A stretch of DNA of 64,000 bases from Rhizomicrobium sp. (GTDB lineage: Bacteria; Pseudomonadota; Alphaproteobacteria; Micropepsales; Micropepsaceae), in contig DATAUZ010000033.1 of assembly GCA_036267995.1 (NCBI GenBank), forward strand, positions 37,431 to 101,430, given 5' to 3'. The notes under the pieces are model-generated. The model worked only from the letters and a program-made list of their open reading frames with translations. It ran no database searches and was not told the DNA's origin. The position numbers were made by a program, and so were the translations under genes. Below are positions 59,309-64,000 of this stretch, one piece after another. The first letter of the stretch is position 1. Each line of letters starts with the position of its first letter.

Positions 59309-59545
59309 TCACACGTCCGGCTTGAATGCGTCCTTGCTGCCCACGATGCGCCGAAACACGACGCGCGGCATTTCCACCGCGATCTTTTCCAGCTTTGCGT
59401 CGTGAATCTCCTTGGCCACGCCGTCCTTAAACAGGTTTGGCTTGGCGCCCCACGCTTCCAGCGCCGCCTTCATGGAAGATGCCGCAACGATGGTGTCGTA
59501 AAAGCCCCGCGTCGCACGAAAAACTTTCAGCTTGCGCAAAGGCAT
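59309..59545 (-). CDS. conserved-looking small hypothetical protein
   Basis: ORF MPLRKLKVFRATRGFYDTIVAASSMKAALEAWG...; no family assigned; an upstream alternative start at 59578 exists. Confidence 0.45.
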   Translation of the reverse strand: MPLRKLKVFRATRGFYDTIVAASSMKAALEAWGAKPNLFKDGVAKEIHDAKLEKIAVEMPRVVFRRIVGSKDAFKPDV

Positions 59546-59612
59546 TTGCCTAGGCCGCTGTTGAACGCCGCGCGGCAAAAGAAAATGCCCCCGCCATGCT
59601 TTTCAACAACAT

Positions 59613-59628
59613 GGTCATGGCCATGACC
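59613..59628. promoter_or_regulatory. perfect 16-bp palindrome GGTCATGGCCATGACC in a divergent intergenic region (candidate operator)
   Basis: Self-complementary as read; lies between the minus-strand gene starting at 59545 and the plus-strand gene starting at 59871. Confidence 0.35.
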
Positions 59629-59870
59629 GGCCCATCTTTTTTAACGGCCGGCGAAGGCGCCCGCACAGCCGGTGCCCGCGCCACTTGCAGATGCTCCTGC
59701 TGGGCCAGTTCCAGACACACAACGGCCATCCCTCTCAACCCGGCGTCAATTACCGGCTGGATCGTAAAGCGCCCAGCCAGAACAAAGTTCCCTTGGGCCG
59801 TCGCAGATCGTTAGGGCGCGTGATAAAAACCTTGGCGCCGGGTCATCGCCGCAAGAGAGCAGGACAATCC

Positions 59871-60335
59871 GTGTATCTCATCTCCATCATCCTTCTGCTG
59901 CTGGTCTTTCCCACCGCTTCGGTCTGGGCGGATCACACCTATTTCAACACCGCGGCCCCGCTTCTGTGGCTGGTGGGAAAATGGTTCGTGTTCTGGGCGG
60001 CCGGCGTGCGGCTGTTGCTGGCGGGCTTGCGCCAGTTCTTCCAGCCGCGCTTCACCGCGCAAGAGATTTTCAAGATGCAGGGCGAAGAAGCCTTCCCCGT
60101 GGTGCGCGAACTTGGCATGGCCAATTTCGCCACCGGCTTGGTGGGCATGCTCTCGCTGGCGCGGCCGGATTTCACCTTGCCCGTCGCCATCGCCGCCGGC
60201 CTTTTCTACGGCATCGCCGGCGTCGGCCACATCGCCCAGCACGGCAAAAGCACCAACGAAAATATCGCCATGGTCAGCGACCTGCTGATCTTCCTCGTCT
60301 TCGTGGCCTATGTGGCTTATGTCTTTCTGGGGTAA
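59871..60335 (+). CDS. hypothetical 4-TM membrane protein
   Basis: GTG 59871 preceded by GAGAGCAGGA; hydrophobic helices. The upstream part of the track ORF (59685) looks non-coding. Confidence 0.5.
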   Translation: MYLISIILLLLVFPTASVWADHTYFNTAAPLLWLVGKWFVFWAAGVRLLLAGLRQFFQPRFTAQEIFKMQGEEAFPVVRELGMANFATGLVGMLSLARPDFTLPVAIAAGLFYGIAGVGHIAQHGKSTNENIAMVSDLLIFLVFVAYVAYVFLG

Positions 60336-60445
60336 AAACAGCCAGAGTTCGTCATCGCCAGCATTATTGATGGCGGACACTGTGCCGGCTGGATGCGCAG
60401 ACGCTATGATGGATTCGGCATCGGCGCTTCCAGCAACAGAAACCC

Positions 60446-61789
60446 ATGATGGAACAGGACAGTGACGGAGCGTGCACGGGGGTAACCCATCCGCTCGCCG
60501 ATGCACCGCTGGCCACGGCGCAGAATTACGCGCTTCTGACATCGCCAACCGAGCGCAAGCGCGCGCTGGTTATTCTGTTCTGCAGCCTGATGTGCGTTGG
60601 CGCGGGCCAATCGGTTCTCTTCGCCATCCTGCCGCCGATCTCACGCAAGCTTGGCATTTCCGAAATTCAGGTCACCACGATCTTTGCGGTGTCTGCCGCC
60701 ATCTGGGTGTTCTCCAGTCCCTTTTGGGGCGCCAGAAGCGATCACGTTGGCCGCAAGCCCATCATGCTGATGGGCCTCATCGCCTTCGCGGTGTCGTTCG
60801 GTTCTTTCGCCAGCGTGATGCTCGCGGGCCTCAATCATCTGCTGCCGATGTTTCTAATCTTCCCGCTGATGATCGCCACGCGTTCCATCTATGGCCTACT
60901 CGGCTCCGGCACCTTTGTCTCGGCGGAAGCCTATGTCGCTGATCGCACCACGCGCGCCGAACGCACGCGCTGGGTGGCCACAATTGCCGCCGCGTTCGGG
61001 CTGGGCACCACGGTCGGCCCAGGTATTGGTTCGGCGCTGGTGGTGTTCGGGTTGTTCGCGCCGTTCTATTTCATCTCCGCCGCCGCCGTCATCAGTGCCG
61101 CGGCGATCTGGTATTTCCTGCCCGAACGCTCGCGCCCGCGCTCCAAACATCCCATCGAGAAACGGCTGAAGTGGCACGACAAGCGTATGCGGCCGTTTCT
61201 GATCTTCGGATTCTTCCTCAGTGTTGCGGGAACGGTACCGATCCAGACGGTGGCATTCTTCTTTATGGATGTGCTGCACCTGAAGGAAAGTGCTGCCGCG
61301 CAATATGTCGGCATCAGCCTCATGGCGTCTTCGATGGCGGCACTGTTCGCGCAGCTTGGGCTGGTGCAGCAGTTCAACCCTTCCGCGCGCACCTTGATGC
61401 GCTGGGGAACGGTGATCGCGGTATTTTCCAACGTGATCTTCCTGATCTCGCACAGCTACGGCCCGCTGGTGTTCGCCATGGCTTTGTCGGGGCTCGGTTT
61501 CGGCATGGCACGGCCGGGTTACGCGGCAGCCGCATCGCTCTCGGTTTCGCCCGATGAACAAGGCGCGGTTGCCGGCGTGATCGGCGCCACAAGCGCCACC
61601 GGCTTCATCGTCGGTCCGATCATCGGCGCGCTCTATGAAATGTCACCGCTGGCGCCTTATGCGCTGGCGGGGGCGATCATGGCGGGGTTGTTTGTCTATG
61701 CCCGCTTCGCGCCCGCCCTGCGGTATGCCGGTTTGGTGACGGCGGATGCCGGCGACGAAATCCCTGAAACCCAAGTGCCGAATGCTTAG
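60446..61789 (+). CDS. MFS transporter
   Basis: 12-TM pattern; loop motif WGARSDHVGRKPIM. Confidence 0.8.
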   Translation: MMEQDSDGACTGVTHPLADAPLATAQNYALLTSPTERKRALVILFCSLMCVGAGQSVLFAILPPISRKLGISEIQVTTIFAVSAAIWVFSSPFWGARSDHVGRKPIMLMGLIAFAVSFGSFASVMLAGLNHLLPMFLIFPLMIATRSIYGLLGSGTFVSAEAYVADRTTRAERTRWVATIAAAFGLGTTVGPGIGSALVVFGLFAPFYFISAAAVISAAAIWYFLPERSRPRSKHPIEKRLKWHDKRMRPFLIFGFFLSVAGTVPIQTVAFFFMDVLHLKESAAAQYVGISLMASSMAALFAQLGLVQQFNPSARTLMRWGTVIAVFSNVIFLISHSYGPLVFAMALSGLGFGMARPGYAAAASLSVSPDEQGAVAGVIGATSATGFIVGPIIGALYEMSPLAPYALAGAIMAGLFVYARFAPALRYAGLVTADAGDEIPETQVPNA

Positions 61790-63060
61790 CCGTTCTTCGC
61801 TTTCACATCGGCGTCGAGACGGTTGAGAATACTTTGCGTGGCGAAACCGTCCGCGGGCAATCCCTTCGCCTTCTGATATTGCCGCAACGCCGCGCGCACG
61901 CCGCGCCCCAGTACGCCGTCAATCGCGCCGGGATCGTAGCCCAGCACTTTCAAATCGGTTTGAAACTGGATTCGCTGATCGTGCGTCAGCGTCACTTCAC
62001 TACGCGGCCAGCTTGCCGTCACGCCGCTTTTGCCGGCCAGTTGATCGGAAAGCAGGCAAATGCCGAGCGCGTAATTGATAGAGTTGTTGTACTTCATCAC
62101 GTTGCGGAAATTTTCCAGCACCAGGAACGCCGGTCCATGCGCGCCGCCAGGCGTCAGGATCGTGGCCTGCGTGTCGCCACCCGTCAGTGCCGCGCCGCTG
62201 GCTTTTGTCACACCCAGCATGCGCCACTCTGAAAGCGCCTTCTTCTGGTCCAGTTCGGCCTGGGCATAATCGAAGTTCGCCGGCAACGTCACTTCATAGC
62301 CCCAGACCTGTCCGGGCACCCAGCCCTGGGAGGAAAGATGCGAGGCGGTTGAGGCCAATGCGTCCGGCGGAGAATTCCACAAATCAATTTTGCCGTCGCC
62401 GTCGCCATCCACGGCATAGGCAAGGAACGCGGAGGGAATGAATTGTGTGTTGCCGAACGCGCCGGCCCATGACGACGTCATGTTTGAAGGCGCATAACCT
62501 TCCTTCTCCTCCATCTTCATCGCCGCGATCAGCTCGCGCTTGCCGAAATCGGCACGCGGGCCATCGTAAGCCAGCGTCGCCAGCGCATCGAAGATTTCGT
62601 AATTGCCCATCTGCGCGCCGTAGTTGGATTCCAGTCCCCAGATGGCGACGAGAATTTCCTTGGGCACGCCATATTTGTTCTCGCTGGCGGCAAGCTGCGT
62701 GGCGTAAGTGGCCAGCATCTGCTGGCCCTTGGAAATGCGCGCGGGCGAAACGGCGGTATCCAGATAGCTCCACACGGGTTTCAGAAATTCCGGCTGCGCC
62801 AGATTGGCGGCTTCCACGTCGGGATCGCGCCTGAGGTTCGCCATGGCGCGGTCGTAGGTTTCGGGCCTGATTCCGGCGGCCAGCGCCGTGGGACGAAAGC
62901 TCACCAGAAAGGCGGCGAACTTCTGGTCTTGCACCACCGGGTCTGCCACCGGCTGGGACATGACCACGCCGGGAATCGCCGGGGTCTGGGCCAAGGCCGG
63001 TCCGGCCATCAAGATTAGGGCCGCGACAGAAAGCTTCAATTTATGGGTCAAAAGTGACAT
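61786..63060 (-). CDS. lytic murein transglycosylase (MltB-like) with C-terminal peptidoglycan-binding domain
   Basis: Signal peptide; SLT_2-like core (ILVAIWGLESNYG, GAFGNTQFIP); PG-binding repeat GVLGRGVRAALRQYQKAKGLPADG. Confidence 0.85.
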   Translation of the reverse strand: MSLLTHKLKLSVAALILMAGPALAQTPAIPGVVMSQPVADPVVQDQKFAAFLVSFRPTALAAGIRPETYDRAMANLRRDPDVEAANLAQPEFLKPVWSYLDTAVSPARISKGQQMLATYATQLAASENKYGVPKEILVAIWGLESNYGAQMGNYEIFDALATLAYDGPRADFGKRELIAAMKMEEKEGYAPSNMTSSWAGAFGNTQFIPSAFLAYAVDGDGDGKIDLWNSPPDALASTASHLSSQGWVPGQVWGYEVTLPANFDYAQAELDQKKALSEWRMLGVTKASGAALTGGDTQATILTPGGAHGPAFLVLENFRNVMKYNNSINYALGICLLSDQLAGKSGVTASWPRSEVTLTHDQRIQFQTDLKVLGYDPGAIDGVLGRGVRAALRQYQKAKGLPADGFATQSILNRLDADVKAKNG

Positions 63061-63116
63061 AGGCGCTCCGGCGCAAAGGGCTCCCCGAGCCTTCTTAACA
63101 CGGCTTTTCCCAGCCG

Positions 63117-63145
63117 TTGACAGGGGTTAGCCTGCCGCATAGGTT
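63117..63145 (+). promoter_or_regulatory. sigma-70-like promoter for rpmJ
   Basis: TTGACA-N17-TAGGTT, about 35 nt upstream of the ATG. Confidence 0.4.
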
Positions 63146-63179
63146 CCGCGCCTCAAATTTCTGCCGAAGGCCAGTCCCC

Positions 63180-63305
63180 ATGAAGATCCGCAATTCGCTG
63201 CGCTCGCTGAAGAAGCGCGACAAGGACTGCCGCGTCATCCGCCGCCGTGGCCGCACCTACGTCATCAACAAGAAGAACCCCCGCTTCAAGGCGCGTCAGG
63301 GTTAA
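63180..63305 (+). CDS. rpmJ: 50S ribosomal protein L36 (YkgO-like, non-zinc-ribbon form)
   Basis: 41 aa [41 protein letters not shown]. Confidence 0.9.
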   Translation: MKIRNSLRSLKKRDKDCRVIRRRGRTYVINKKNPRFKARQG

Positions 63306-63351
63306 GCCCCGCATCGTGACGCAGACCCGCGTTTTGCGCTAAAATCCGCGC

Positions 63352-63918
63352 ATGCGTTTTGCCGTCTTCACCTTCGCATTGATCGTGCCCGCAGCGGCTG
63401 TGGCCGCGGTGCCGGCCAGCCTGCCGCTCAAGGCGGCGCCAACATCCATCGACAAGCTCTTCTCGCAGCTGGCGCAGGCAAGCTCGAGCGAAGAAGCCAA
63501 ACCGATCGAAGACAAGATCGAAGCGCAGTTCCTGCAATCGCAAAGCCCCACGGTCGATCTGCTGATGACACGCGCCGCCGCCAGCGAGCAGGCGCAGGAC
63601 ATGAAAACAGCGCGCACCCTGCTCAATTCCATCGTTACGATTGCGCCGGATTATGCCGAGGGCTGGCGGCGGCTCGGCAATCTGCAGGCGGCCCAGAACG
63701 ACGACGCGGGCGCCATGCTCAGCCTGCAGCGTGCGGTGCAGCTCAACCCACGCCATTTCGCAGCGATGAGCGAGCTTGCCGACATGCTGGAAGACTACGG
63801 CGACAAGAAAGCCGCGCTGATGTTTTATCGCAAGGCGCTGGCGCTGGATCCGCAAATGGACGGCGCCGCACGCCACTTGCGCGCTCTGGAAAAAGAAATC
63901 GAAGGCGTGCCGACCTAG
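63352..63918 (+). CDS. secreted TPR-repeat protein
   Basis: Signal peptide; TPR-like helices (AEGWRRLGNLQAAQNDDAGAMLSLQRAVQLNPRHFAAMSELADMLEDYGDKKAALMFYRKALALDP). Confidence 0.75.
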   Translation: MRFAVFTFALIVPAAAVAAVPASLPLKAAPTSIDKLFSQLAQASSSEEAKPIEDKIEAQFLQSQSPTVDLLMTRAAASEQAQDMKTARTLLNSIVTIAPDYAEGWRRLGNLQAAQNDDAGAMLSLQRAVQLNPRHFAAMSELADMLEDYGDKKAALMFYRKALALDPQMDGAARHLRALEKEIEGVPT

Positions 63919-64000
63919 CCCTGCTTTTTTCCAACGAAGGCCACGCGCAGCAGATTCGTCGATCCCGATGTGCGCAGCGGCACACCGGCGGTGATCACGA
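63915..64000 (-). CDS. 3' end of a pyruvate kinase-like gene (partial)
   Basis: My translation of the minus strand gives ...VITAGVPLRTSGSTNLLRVAFVGKKQG*, resembling the pyruvate kinase C-terminus. Only 28 codons are visible. Confidence 0.45.
   Translation of the reverse strand, partial: VITAGVPLRTSGSTNLLRVAFVGKKQG

Noticed and set aside
59596-59814. 72-aa plus-strand ORF in the 59.6-59.8 kb intergenic region
   Set aside because: It has no RBS, a Cys/Arg/Ala-rich low-complexity translation, and it contains the 16-bp palindrome. It is more likely regulatory DNA.

Overview
High-GC (roughly 63-65% by eye) alphaproteobacterial chromosome segment. Gene content and synteny look Hyphomicrobiales-like, with a Caulobacter-type flagellar and cell-cycle regulatory layout. 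I saw no rRNA, CRISPR array, transposase, integrase or phage genes, and one tRNA (anticodon CAU). Most long ORFs in the six-frame track are antisense or out-of-frame artefacts of GC-rich DNA, so I list about 65 supportable CDS. The centre of the window (22.8-48.8 kb) is a flagellar supercluster. It contains flgL-flgK (-) divergent from fliK-flgD-flgE (+), then sciP, fliF-fliG-fliH-fliN-flbD-flhA-flhF-flhG (+), fliJ-fliI (-) and ctrA (+). motA lies at 10.5-12.6 kb with a CheY-like/Hpt-like pair, and rcdA, DUF1192 and DUF1013 genes lie at 52.6-55.4 kb. Regulatory motifs readable directly include a perfect sigma-54 promoter for flgK, a sigma-54-like promoter for fliK, three GGCA-N5-TGCC palindromes (candidate FlbD sites), and CtrA-type TTAACCAT / TTAA-N7-TTTAC motifs. 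The least understood content is fourfold. (1) A LemA plus three DUF2207-paralogue operon is wedged between flhG and fliJ. (2) An output-less CHASE2 protein sits in an operon with secreted proteins and an M48/TPR protease. (3) There is a MoxR-DUF58-BatA-like four-gene operon. (4) A receiver protein with an Arg-rich C-terminal tail sits next to motA. The rest is housekeeping or metabolism: lysine catabolism, ilvA, mnmA, rpmE, rpmJ, an ABC exporter, MFS transporters, an acyl-CoA synthetase, a lytic transglycosylase, and a BrnT-type toxin-antitoxin pair. All functional calls come from my recognition of motifs and families in the translations; no database search was run.
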